Part shown: one piece after another, positions 22,335 to 35,489 of the stretch
Layout: every line of letters begins with the position of its first letter
Numbering within the stretch: the first letter of the stretch is position 1
From: Obrimoposthia wandeli
Taxonomy: Eukaryota
NCBI GenBank assembly: GCA_977020255.1
Contig: CDROCS010004055.1
Location: 124,001 to 188,000, forward strand
Direction: 5' to 3'
Length of the DNA stretch: 64,000 nucleotides
Position numbers and translations under genes: made by a program
The notes under the pieces: model-generated
The model's input: only the letters and a program-made list of their open reading frames with translations
Told to the model about the DNA's origin: nothing
The model's database searches: none

Positions 22335-23680
22335 AGTAGGTAGAAGGATGGAGTCTAGACCACTTGACCCCCCTAAAGGGTGTCACACCATAAGGATGTC
22401 TTGCCACACCATAAGAGTATATGTTGCCTCACCTCTGGTGAGGCACCATATACCCTTATGGTGTGGCAAGACATCCTTATGGTGTGACACCCTTTAGGGA
22501 GGAGGAGGGAGGGGAGGGGGAGGGGAGAGGGTGAGGGGGTCAAGTGATCTAGTCTCCACCCTTCTTTTGGCTAACTACTATGGTCGTCCATAATTCAAAG
22601 GGTCAAGTGGCTTAGTCTCCACCCTTCTTTTTGTGATATACCACTATGAAAGGGTCAAGTGGCTTAGTCTCCACCCTTCTTTTTGTGATCTAGTCTCCAC
22701 CCTTCTTTTTGTGGTCTAGTCTCCACCCTTCTTTTTGGCTAACCACTATGATCATCCATAATTCAAAGAGTCAAGTGGTCTAGTCTCCACCCTTCTTTGG
22801 TATACCACTATGATCGTCCATAATGAAAATTTATGCTAAAGTTCACTCTTATCAGTTAAGGAATGTGGTTTTTAACACACATACACTATTTTATGTGAAA
22901 TTTAGACTAAAGTTCACTCTTATCAGTTAAGGAATGTATTACGTAATCACACACATACTATTCTATGTGAAAATTTAGATCAAAGTTTTTTCCAGGCTTA
23001 CACATTTATAGAATTATGATAAAATTTCTTTAAATAACTTCAATTATATATTAAAATAAAAAAAATAAAATAAGAAAGAAGTCAGAGAATAATACAAAAT
23101 TAAACACATTTATTATGTAATTTCATAATATCATCTTCAAACTTAAGTGAATAACATTTACAAAGTAAGAAAGTCCATTCTTTATACATTCTTTTCGTTT
23201 CAACGACTAAGTTACAACGGAATTAATAGAAAAAGGAAAAAAAAAAACAACACTAAGTTTAACGCTATAAATGAAAATTAGTAAAAAAAAAAATATTAAT
23301 TTATTTGAATATTCGAATGTGAGTTTGAATAAATGAGAGTTAGAATGAATGTAAATGAATAAAATTATGCATGCAAGTATGAATGTCATTTACAAGTAAG
23401 AGTCTTAGCAAGTGAATGTAATTTTAAAATAAGAGTGTCGATAGTTTGATTGAATACAAGTATAATTTAGACTATAATTAAATTAAAATAAAGTTTTCGT
23501 TGAATAAATTATAGTTAGATTGAATGTAAATGAATACAAGTATGAATGCAAGTGAATGCTAGTATGAATTTCAATACAAGTAAGTGTCTTAGCAAGTGAA
23601 TGGAATTTAAAAATAAGAGTGTCGATAGTTTGATTGAATGCAAGTGTAATTTAGACTATAAGTAAATTAAAATAGAGTTT
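22335..23680. repeat. Left TIR (~1.05 kb unique plus ~1.7 inverted satellite-2 units)
   Basis: Reverse complement of ~31660-33073; differences are mostly homopolymer lengths and subterminal repeat number. Confidence 0.9.
22371..22499. other. 63-bp-stem hairpin, loop TCT, two stem mismatches
   Basis: 22371-22433 pairs with 22437-22499. Confidence 0.92.
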
Positions 23681-23690
23681 TTCCCGCCCA

Positions 23691-26600
23691 CTGCATATAA
23701 CATAAATTTCAAATATAAAGTACTATTAAGTTTATTATTTTGAATAGTAAATGTTTTTTCGAGTTATTTAATTTTGTTTACTAGACATTCGAAAATTTAC
23801 TTGTAAACTACAATATTTATTTGTTGTTGTATATATTTAGTTTAAAATGTTGTAAGTTATTACTTTAATATAATTTTCAACAAAAACTTCAAGTAGTTTA
23901 CTTATTAAACATAAGTTTAATGTTTTGTACAATAAATTGACTTGTAAACATAATTTATTTTGATATATTTTCAATTTAATATGTTGTAAGTTATTACTTT
24001 AATATAATTTACAACAAAAACTTCAAGTAATTTACTTGTAAACTACAATATTTATTTGTTGTTGTATATATTCAGTTTAAAATGTTGTAAGTTATTACTT
24101 TAATATAATTTTCAACAAAAACTTCAAGTAGTTTACTTATTAATCATAATATTAATGATTTGATCAATAAATTGACTTGTAAACATAATATAATTTGCAT
24201 ATTTTCAATTTAATATATTGTAAGTTATTACTATAATATTACATTACATAAAAAGTAATTGATAGTTTACTATCGTTTACAATAAATTGACTTGTAAACA
24301 TAATATAATTTGCATATTTTCAATTTAATATATTGTAAGTTATTACTATAATATTACATTACATAAAAAAGTAATTGATAGTTTACTATCGTTTACAATA
24401 AATTGACTTGTAAACATAATATATTTATGCATATATTCACTTTAATATGTTGTAAGTTATTACTTTATTATAATTTTCAACAAAAACTTCAAGTAGTTTA
24501 CTTATTAAACATAAGTTTAATGTTTTGTACAATAAATTGACTTGTAAACATAATTTATTTTGGTATATTTTCAATTTAATATGTTGTAAGTTATTACTTT
24601 AATATAATTTACAACAAAAACTTCAAGTAATTTACTTGTAAACTACAATATTTATTTGTTGTTGTATATATTCAGTTTAAAATGTTGTAAGTTAATACTT
24701 TAATATAATTTACAACCAAATCTTCAAGTACTTTACTTATTAATCATAATTTTAATGATTTGATCAATAAATTGACTTGTAAACATAATATAATTTGCAT
24801 ATTTTCAATTTAATATATTGTAAGTTAATACTGTAATATTTCATTACATAAAAAGTAATTCATAGTTTACTGTCGTTTACAATAAATTTACTTGTAAACA
24901 TAATATATTTATGCATATATTCACTTTAATATGTTGTAAGTTATTACTTTAATATAATTTTCAACAAAAACTTCAAGTAGTTTACTTATTAAACATAAGT
25001 TTAATGTTTTGTACAATAAATTGACTTGTAAACATAATTTATTTTGGTATATTTTCAATTTAATATGTTGTAAGTTATTACTTTTATATAATTTACAACA
25101 AAAACTTCAAGTAATTTACTTGTAAACTACAATATTTATTTGTTGTTGTATATATTCAGTTTAAAATGTTGTAAGTTATTACTTTAATATAATTTTCAAC
25201 AAAAACTTCAAGTAGTTTACTTATTAATCATAATATTAATGATTTGATCAATAAATTGACTTGTAAACATAATATAATTTGCATATTAAGAATTTAATAT
25301 AGTGTAAGTTATTACTGTAATATTACATACATAAAAAGTAATTGTAAGTTTACAATAAATTGACTTGTAAACATAATAATTTATAATTTTGTGTTATTAC
25401 TTTAATATAATTTTCAAAAAAACTTCAAGTAGTTTACCTATTAAAACTAAGTTTAATGGTTTTTACAATAAATTAACTTGTAAACATAATTTATTTTGGT
25501 ATATTTTCAATTTAATATGTTGTAAGTTATTACTTTAATATAATTTACAACAAAACTTCAAGTAATTTACTTGTAAACTACAATATTTATTTGTTGTTGT
25601 ATATATTTAGTTTAAAATGTTGTAAGTTATTACTTTAATATAATTTTCAACAAAAACTTCAAGTAGTTTACTTATTAAACATAAGTTTAATGTTTTGTAC
25701 AATAAATTGACTTGTAAACATAATTTATTTTGGTATATTTTCAATTTAATATGTCGTAAGTTATTACTTTAATATAATTTACAACAAAAACTTCAAGTAA
25801 TTTACTTGTAAACTACAATATTTATTTGTTGTTGTATATATTCAGTTTAAAATGTTGTAAGTTATTACTTTAATATAATTTACAACCAAAACTTCAAGTA
25901 ATTTACTTATTAATCATAATTTTAATGATTTGATAAATAAATTGACTTGTAAATATAATATAATTTGCATATTTTCAATTTAATATATTGTAAGTTAATA
26001 CTGTAATATTTCATTACATAAAAAGTAATTCATAGTTTACTGTCGTTTACTATAAATTTACTTGTAAACATAATATATTTATGCATATATTCACTTTAAT
26101 ACGTTTTAAGTTATTAGAATTTGTGTTCTTGTATTCAATGATTAACTTTTATTAAACTATTATATAACATTGAAATGTTTAAAATACTTGAGCAAAATAA
26201 ATTAATATAATAAAAGGATTTTAAAATGTATTTTAGTTTAAGATAAAAAATGAGGTTATACGAAGTTAATCTAGTTTAAAAAACAATTAATACCAAAATT
26301 ACTTACCAGAATGTGTAAACAACAGTAAACTATTATAACCTACAATAAAGAAACTATTGAATTATAATATAACCAATCGTATTCAGTAAGTGATAAATGT
26401 ACAAATCATTAATATTATGATTATTAAGTAAACTATTCGAAATGTTGTAAAAATCAAGAAATAAGTTAAAAATATTCATAGTTGAACAACTCATAACTGA
26501 AATTTACATTAGTTTAGTATTATATCAATCATATACCTATACGTTTTAAATAAAGTTACTTTTAAAAAAAAAAACCATTGATTTTAAGTATTTCATGTTA

Positions 26601-26921
26601 AACATTGGTTTTAAAGAAGAATTTAGCATTGCAATATCATAAATTAGATTTAATTTAACTATTTTTTATTTATTATTTGATAATTAACTTTTATATCGCT
26701 TTTAATTATTGAAATATCTACAAATTTTGTACAAGTACACAAGTTCGAATAACTTACAACATATTAAACTGAAAATATGCAACAAACAAAAAAATAATAT
26801 TATGTTTAGAAGTAAATTTTCGAATGTCTAGTAAACAAAATTAAATAACTCGAAAAAACATTTACTATTCGAAATAATAAACTTAATAGTACTTTATATT
26901 TGAAATTTATGTTATATACAG
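23691..26921. repeat. Nested inner inverted-repeat module (~170-bp arms) enclosing satellite 1
   Basis: 23691-~23855 is the reverse complement of ~26745-26921. Confidence 0.8.
23793..26115. repeat. Satellite 1: ~100-130-bp related subunits (core ACTTGTAAAC...TTGTAAGTTATTACT), ~20 copies with mixed higher-order blocks
   Basis: The AAACTACAATATTTATTTGTTG marker recurs at ~235-600-bp spacing. Confidence 0.88.
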
Positions 26922-27699
26922 CTACTAACTTTATAATTAAAATATTTTTATAGTTTAAGGTTAAAATCACTTGATAAAAACCACAATAATGTGGTAAAGA
27001 AATATTATTTAACATATAAAAGGAATTTTTGAAGAAATAAATTGAATATTCATATTATATTAATAAGACAATGGCAAAAATATCAAGTAATTAAAAAAAA
27101 ATTGTTTGTTGAGTTAATTTACTAAATTTGTATATATAAAAACAGTTTCGAATAGTTAAAAAGAGAAACGAATAATGATAATTTCAATTATATTTCCGAA
27201 TATAATTGTATAATCAAGTTATTTAAAAATAAAGAATTTAAATTTAACTAATTTTTTTAAAAATATTTCAATTAAGGAATTTTATCAAACGAGATAAGAC
27301 TTTTTAATTATTCAAATTCATTAATATATTTACTAATTTTCATTCATAATTGACATTCGTACTTGCATATTGCGTATTCTTTCTTACTTGTACTTGTAAC
27401 AGCATTCAATCATACTTGCATTCATTTACATTCAATTTAACTGTAATTTATTCAAACTATCTTTCAATTACATTCAAATACATTAATATTTTACTAATTT
27501 TCATTCATACTGTCAAATTTGGTGTTGTTTTCTATTAATCTTGCCATAACTTAGTCGTTCTAATTTTTTAACATACTTCAATATCACTGTTTCCTATAGT
27601 TGCTTACTTGTTATTAATCTAACTGTAACTTAACATAACTTTATTCATACTAAAACTCTATTTTAATTTATTTCTAGTCTAAATTACACTCTCATTCAA

Positions 27700-30600
27700 T
27701 CAAACTATCGACACTCTTATTTTCACTGTCACTCATTCATAGTTTTATATTTACTTGCTGAAACTCTTACTCGTATTTGCATTCACTTGAATGTATACTT
27801 GTATTCATTTACATTCAATCTAACTATAATTTATTCTACGAAAACTCTATTTTAATTTACTTATAGTCTAAATTACACTTGCATTCAATCAAACTATCGA
27901 CACTCTTATTTTATAAATTACATTCACTTGCTAAGACACTTACTTGTATTGAAATTCATACTATCATTCACTTGCATTCAATCTAACTATAATTTATTCA
28001 ACGAAAACTCTATTTAATTTACTTATAGTCTAAATTACACTTGCATTCAATCAAACTATCGACACTCTTATTTTTAAATTACATTCACTTGCTAAGACAC
28101 TTACTTGTATTGAAATTCATACTAGCATTCACTTGCATTCATACTTGCATTCAATCTAACTATAATTTATTCAACGAAAACTCTATTTTAATTTACTTAT
28201 AGTCTAAATTACACTTGCATTCAATCAAACTATCGACACTCTTATTTTATAAATTACATTCACTTACTAAGACACTTACTTGTATTGAAATTCATACTAT
28301 CATTCACTTGCATTCATACTTGCATTCAATCTAACTATAATTTATTCAACGAAAACTCTATTTTAATTTACTTATAGTCTAAATTACACTTGCATTCAAT
28401 CAAACTATCGACACTCTTATTTTTTAAATTACATTCACTTGCTAAGACACTTACTTGTATTGAAATTCATACTAACATTCACTTGCATTCATACTTGCTT
28501 TCAATCTAACTATAATTTATTCAACGAAAACTCTATTTTAATTTACTTATAGTCTAAATTACACTTGCATTCAATCAAACTATCGACACTCTTTTTTTTT
28601 TTTAAATTACATTCACTTGCTAAGATTCTTACTTGTAAATGACATTCATACTAGCATTCACTTGCATTCATACTTGTATTCATTTACATTCAATCTAACT
28701 ATAATTTATTCAACGAAAACTTTATTTTAATTTAATTATAGTCTAAATTACACTTGCATTCAATCAAACTATCGACACTCTTATTTTTTAAATTACATTC
28801 ACTTGCTAAGACACTTACTTGTATTGAAATTCATACTAACATTCACTTGCATTCATACTTGCATTCAATCTAACTATAATTTATTCAACGAAAACTCTAT
28901 TTTAATTTACTTATAGTCTAAATTACACTTGCATTCAATCAAACTATCGACACTCTTTTTTTTTTTAAATTACATTCACTTGCTAAGATTCTTACTTGTA
29001 AATGACATTCATACTAGCATTCACTTGCATTCATACTTGTATTCATTTACATTCAATCTAACTATAATTTATTCAACGAAAACTTTATTTTAATTTAATT
29101 ATAGTCTAAATTATACTTGTATTCAATCAAACTATCGACACTCTTATTTAAAATTACATTCACTTGCTAAGACACTTACTTGTATTGAAATTCATACTAG
29201 CATTCACTTGCATTCATACTTGCATTCAATCTAACTATAATTTATTCAACGAAAACTCTATTTTAATTTACTTATAGTCTAAATTACACTTGCATTCAAT
29301 CAAACTATCGACACTCTTATTTTTAAATTACATTCACTTGCTAAGATACTTACTTGTATTGAAATTCATACTAGCATTCACTTGCATTCATACTTGCATT
29401 CAATCTAACTATAATTTATTCAACGAAAACTCTATTTTAATTTACTTATAGTCTAAATTACACTTGCATTCAATCAAACTATCGACACTCTTATTTTTAA
29501 ATTACATTCACTTGCTAAGACACTTACTTGTATTGAAATTCATACTAGCATTCACTTGCATTCATACTTGTATTCAATCTAACTATAATTTATTCAATGA
29601 AAACTCTATTTTAATTTACTTATAGTCTAAATTACACTTGCATTCAATCAAACTATCGACACTCTTATTTTTTAAATTACATTCACTTGCTAAGACACTT
29701 ACTTGTATTGAAATTCATACTAACATTCACTTGCATTCATACTTGCATTCAATCTAACTATAATTTATTCAACGAAAACTCTATTTTAATTTACTTATAG
29801 TCTAAATTACACTTGCATTCAATCAAACTATCGACACTCTTATTTTTTAAATTACATTCACTTGCTAAGAAAACTTCTTACATTACACTTGCATTCAAAT
29901 ATCGACATTTTAATTTACATACTAAATTACACTTGCATTCACTTGCATTCATACTTGTATTCATTTACATTCAATCTAACTATAATTTATTCAACGAAAA
30001 CTTTATTTTAATTTAATTATAGTCTAAATTATACTTGTATTCAATCAAACTATCGACACTCTTATTTAAAATTACATTCACTTGCTAAGACACTTACTTG
30101 TATTGAAATTCATACTAGCATTCACTTGCATTCATACTTGCATTCAATCTAACTATAATTTATTCAACGAAAACTCTATTTTAATTTACTTATAGTCTAA
30201 ATTACACTTGCATTCAATCAAACTATCGACACTCTTATTTTTAAATTACATTCACTTGCTAAGATACTTACTTGTATTGAAATTCATACTAGCATTCACT
30301 TGCATTCATACTTGCATTCAATCTAACTATAATTTATTCAATGAAAACTCTATTTTAATTTACTTATAGTCTAAATTACACTTGCATTCAATCAAACTAT
30401 CGACACTCTTATTTTTAAATTACATTCACTTGCTAAGATACTTACTTGTATTGAAATTCATACTAACATTCACTTGCATTCATACTTGCATTCAATCTAA
30501 CTATAATTTATTCAACGAAAACTCTATTTTAATTTACTTATAGTCTAAATTACACTTGCATTCAATCAAACTATCGACACTCTTTTTTTTTTAAAATTAC

Positions 30601-31960
30601 ATTCACTTGCTAAGATTCTTACTTGTAAATGACATTCATACTAGCATTCACTTGCATTCATACTTGTATTCATTTACATTCAATCTAACTATAATTTATT
30701 CAACGAAAACTTTATTTTAATTTAATTATAGTCTAAATTATACTTGTATTCAATCTAACTATACACTCTTATGCATTACATTGAAATTCATACTAGCATT
30801 CACTTGCACATACTCTTTAATTCAACGAAAACTCTATTTTAATTTACTTATAGTCTAAATTACACTTGCATTCAAGACACTTACTTGCTAAGATTGTATT
30901 GAAATTCATACTAACATTCACTTGCATTCATACTTGCATTCAATCTAACTATAATTTATTCAACGAAAACTCTATTTTAATTTACTTATAGTCTCTAAAT
31001 TACACTTGCATACTCAATCAAACTATCGACACTCTAAATATTTTTCAAAACATTCACTTGCTATTACATTCATTTTCACTTGCATTCATACTTGCATTCA
31101 ACTATAATTTATTCAACGTCTATTTTAATTTAATACTTATAGTCTAAATTACACTTGCATTCAATCAAACTATCGACACTCTTTTTTTAAAATTACATTC
31201 ACTTGCTAAGATTCACTTGCATTCATACTAGCATTCACTTGCATTCATACTTGTATTCATTTACATTCAATCTAACTATAATTTATTCAACGAAAACTTT
31301 ATTTTAATTTAATTATAGTCTAAATTATACTTGTATTCAATCAAACTATCGACACTCTTATTTTAAAATTACATTCACTTGCTAAGACTCTTACTTGTAT
31401 TGAAATTCATACTAGCATTCACTTGCATTCATACTTGCATTCAATCTAACTATAATTTATTCAACGAAAACTCTATTTTAATTTACTTATAGTCTAAATT
31501 ACACTTGCATTCAATCAAACTATCGACACTCTTATTTTTAAATTACATTCACTTGCTAAGATACTTACTTGTATTGAAATTCATACTAGCATTCACTTGC
31601 ATTCATACTTGCATTCAATCTAACTATAATTTATTCAACGAAAACTCTATTTTAATTTACTTATAGTCTAAATTACACTTGCATTCAATCAAACTATCGA
31701 CACTCTTATTTTTATTTTTTTTAATTACATTCACTTGCTAAGACTCTTACTTGTAAATGACATTCATACTAGCATTCACTTGCATTCATACTTGTATTCA
31801 TTTACATTCAATCTAACTATAATTTATTCAACGAAAACTTTATTTTAATTTAATTATAGTCTAAATTATACTTGTATTCAATCAAACTATCGACACTCTT
31901 ATTTTAAAATTACATTCACTTGCTAAGACTCTTACTTGTAAATGACATTCATACTTGCAT
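27700..31960. repeat. Satellite 2: ~174-bp unit (longer ~186-bp variant), ~24 copies
   Basis: CAATCTAACT recurs at 29227, 29401 and 29575. Confidence 0.92.
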
Positions 31961-33073
31961 GCATAATTTTATTCATTTACATTCATTCTAACTCTCATTT
32001 ATTCAAACTCACATTCGAATATTCAAATAAATTAATATTTTTTTTACTAATTTTCATTTATAGCGTTAAACTTAGTGTTTTTTTTTTTTTCCTTTTTCTA
32101 TTAATTCCGTTGTAACTTAGTCGTTGAAACGAAAAGAATGTATAAAGAATGGACTTTCTTACTTTGTAAATGTTATTCACTTAAGTTTGAAGATGATATT
32201 ATGAAATTACATAATAAATGTGTTTAATTTTGTATTATTCTCTGACTTCTTTCTTATTTTATTTTTTTTATTTTAATATATAATTGAAGTTATTTAAAGA
32301 AATTTTATCATAATTCTATAAATGTGTAAGCCTGGAAAAAACTTTGATCTAAATTTTCACATAGAATAGTATGTGTGTGATTACGTAATACATTCCTTAA
32401 CTGATAAGAGTGAACTTTAGTCTAAATTTCACATAAAATAGTGTATGTGTGTTAAAAACCACATTCCTTAACTGATAAGAGTGAACTTTAGCATAAATTT
32501 TCATTATGGACGATCATAGTGGTATACCAAAGAAGGGTGGAGACTAGACCACTTGACTCTTTGAATTATGGATGATCATAGTGGTTAGCCAAAAAGAAGG
32601 GTGGAGACTAGATCACAAAAAGAAGGGTGGAGACTAAGCCACTTGACCCTTTCATAGTGGTATATCACAAAAAGAAGGGTGGAGACTAAGCCACTTGACC
32701 CTTTCATAGTGGTATATCACAAAAAGAAGGGTGGAAACTAAGCCACTTGACCCTTTCATAGTGGTATATCACAAAAAGAAGGGTGGAGACTAAGCCACTT
32801 GACCCTTTGAATTATGGACGACCATAGTAGTTAGCCAAAAGAAGGGTGGAGACTAGATCACTTGACCCCCTCACCCTCTCCCCTCCCCCTCCCCTCCCTC
32901 CTCCTCCCTAAAGGGTGTCACACCATAAGGATGTCTTGCCACACCATAAGAGTATATGTTGCCTCACCTCTGGGTGAGGCAACATATACTCTTATGGTGT
33001 GGCAAGACATCCTTATGGTGTGACACCCTTTAGGGGGGGGTCAAGTGGTCTAGACTCCATCCTTCTACCTACT
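31960..33073. repeat. Right TIR unique part, with 52-bp subterminal repeats and perfect 63-bp hairpin (32906-33035)
   Basis: Inverted copy of 22335-23385. Confidence 0.9.
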
Positions 33074-33789
33074 TTCTATCAATTTCAAAGTCGTGATTTA
33101 TTACTGAATCACAGTTACAACACACTTTAAATATGTTCGTTGTCGAGTTTAGACCATTCTTATATCTCAAGGCATTGAAAAGGTCTTCGGCTAAGACGCT
33201 TTATTTCTTGAAATTATTTCTTAATCTAACCTCATATGTATTCTTGGATGTTTTTTTCTTAAATGTAACGACTTTCGTTTACAATAACATCATAATTTCT
33301 TCATTCAATATCCATAGAAATTCTTTCAAAGTATAATTTGATATTTTTCAGTAATTTTTCGACCTTTCACTTTAGTTTTGCTCATTCGGTTGTAGTGTAT
33401 CTTTTTCACGAGATTTTTAGTTCTTACATTTATTAATTCGTTTTATCTGATTGACATTTTGAAGCAGTGGCGGTGCTAGACTCTTATAACAGACAGTATA
33501 TAGAGATCTTATTAAAATTCAAGATACTGTACTCAAAAATTACACTATTTAAAAGTCATAATTTACGCTTCTAAAAAAATCTGTTTGTTTGGTTGAAGTA
33601 GGTAGATGTGTGACTTCTGGAACAAAGCCCCCCCTCTGAGGACAAGTTGAGGTCAAAAAATGTAAGTCAAATTTTTGATGAGGACAAAATATTTAGCTCA
33701 AATTTTGGAAATTTGCGCGAAAATTTTGACATGTATATTGACATGTGAAGCGTAGGTAAACAACGGGAGTAATTATAACTTCCTGCAGG

Positions 33790-34312
33790 GGGCCCAAGAC
33801 GATATTTTTGGGTTACTGCGAAACTACGATACCAACGAGGAGTGCGCAAAAATACTATCTGGTATTATCGACAAACTTGTAATGTCAAAGAACAACACTA
33901 GTCTAGAGGAAGCAGCGGATTCGTATGCCAAAAATAAACCTTTTATCAACGATCGAACAGATTAGTTAGGAAATTTGAATAATGGTGGTCAGATTTCGAA
34001 ACTTTGACATGGACAGGAGGAGAAATCGTACCTGATAACCGACCTGCGGTCGGTTACGGGTAATGGGCGAAAAGGTGGCCCCGCTACAATCAAGACTGCC
34101 GAGGAGCCCAAAACTGTACCCGGCGATGACGTAAGAGTACTGAAATAGTACGCGGATCTAAGTTCCAATGACGAAAGAAGAATGGTGCACGACAAGGCTG
34201 ATAATCGTCTCATTCTGAGATACAATAAGAAGAAGAAACTTGCAAAGAAAGAAGAGAAAAGGAGCTTTTCTGGGAGAAGAGTTTTTTATTGTTTCTTAGT
34301 GGATGTATTATA
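33790..34312 (+). pseudogene. Degraded unknown ORF next to the left terminus
   Basis: Long frame (DDIFGLLRNYDTNEEC...KKKKLAKKEEKRS) broken by three stops; no family recognised. Confidence 0.35.
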
Positions 34313-34373
34313 ATAAAAAATTTTAAATAGTTTTGTCTTATAAACATTATCCCGAAAATCTAATATTTTTAAT

Positions 34374-35024
34374 ATGAACTTAAAAAATAATTCAGTTTTT
34401 CAGATTGTAGGTCCTAGTGGCAGTGGGAAACCTCATTTTATATGTAAGTTACTGCAAAATAATAAATACTTTACTTTTAAGTTTAATAAGATATATTGGC
34501 ATCAGGGAGGAGATGGAGAAGCCGGTTTAACCAGTAAAGAGTTTAAGAAAATTAAAAATATAAAAGTCATTAATGGATTTGATGATAATTGGTCTGAGCG
34601 ATTACAACGACATGATGTTATTGTTATTGATGATTTATATCAAGAAGCAAATAAAGAGAGTGATTAAAATAATTTATTCACTAAAATAGCACGACATCGT
34701 GACGTAACTGTTGTTTTCACAACACAAAATCTATTTCATCAAGGAGGGAACCATAGAACTCGTAATTTAAATGTACATTACCTTGTTCTCTTCAAGAATC
34801 CACGTGATCAGACGGTTGTTGATTTTGTTTCAAGACAAGCTTACCCGAATAATAGAAATTTCCTAATTGATTCATTTCAAGATGCAACTACTATTCCTCA
34901 TGGATACATTTTTATTGATTTTACTCAAGATTGTCCTGATGACTTTAGAGTTAGAACTGATATATTCAATTCATCAGGAATTACCGTCTATAAACAAACA
35001 AAGAAACCAGTTTCTCGAAGATGA
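34374..35024 (+). pseudogene. Packaging ATPase, premature TAA at 34665-34667
   Basis: GPSGSGKP and VIVIDD; collinear with 2201-2848. Confidence 0.9.
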
Positions 35025-35116
35025 ATTTTAAAAAGGAAACTGTTAAACCTGAAGTTAAAAAATTTATTAAATCAGTTTTAAGTGCAAGGAAAAATGGTTG
35101 CTCAAAAATCAAATAA
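35021..35116 (+). CDS. 31-aa basic peptide (homologue of 2053-2193)
   Basis: MNFKKETVKPEVKKFIKSVLSARKNGCSKIK*; ATGA overlap with the ATPase stop. Confidence 0.5.
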   Translation: MNFKKETVKPEVKKFIKSVLSARKNGCSKIK

Positions 35117-35168
35117 GAAAAGAACTGTTGTTTAAAAATCTAGGAGTATTGCTTATTTCAATTCTATC

Positions 35169-35450
35169 ATGCGTGCACCTGCTATTCGCCACCCAGCTAT
35201 TCTTAAATCATTCCCTACTTTTGTAATTGATGATTTACTTAATATGATACAGAAAATAGTTTCTGGTAAAATAATTGTCAAAGCTAGCATGAATCGGCAT
35301 AAGAAACCTCTACTTGCTTTGTTTCACACCAAAACACGAATCGGTAAACGTAAGTTGCTTTATAAGCAAAGTGGTGTATTTTTTGAATTTCTCGTACCAA
35401 TTATTAGCTCAATAGTTGATGCACGTGCTAGTAGACTAATAAAACGATGA
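35169..35450 (+). pseudogene. pX/pVI-like basic virion protein homologue
   Basis: FPTFVIDDLL...KQSGVFFEFLVPIISSIV aligns with 1692-2021. Confidence 0.65.
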
Positions 35451-35489
35451 TTATAAACATAAATTCGAATCAATAATATGAATTTATAT

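Larger units (their letters stand above)
22335..33073. mobile_element. 10.7-kb non-autonomous foldback element with Polinton-type termini and 6-bp TSD TTCTAT
   Basis: AGTAGGTAGAAGG...CCTTCTACCTACT; TTCTAT at 22329-22334 and 33074-33079; long near-identical inverted arms; no credible CDS. Confidence 0.9.

Noticed and set aside
23207-30016. Short ORFs within the foldback element
   Set aside because: Low-complexity translations of AT-rich repeats.
30720-31230. Novel scrambled satellite variants
   Set aside because: Locally shuffled partial units look like consensus/assembly noise; needs read support.
23793-31960. CRISPR-like array
   Set aside because: Units are wholly repeated with no unique spacers, there are no cas genes, and the context is eukaryotic; these are satellites.
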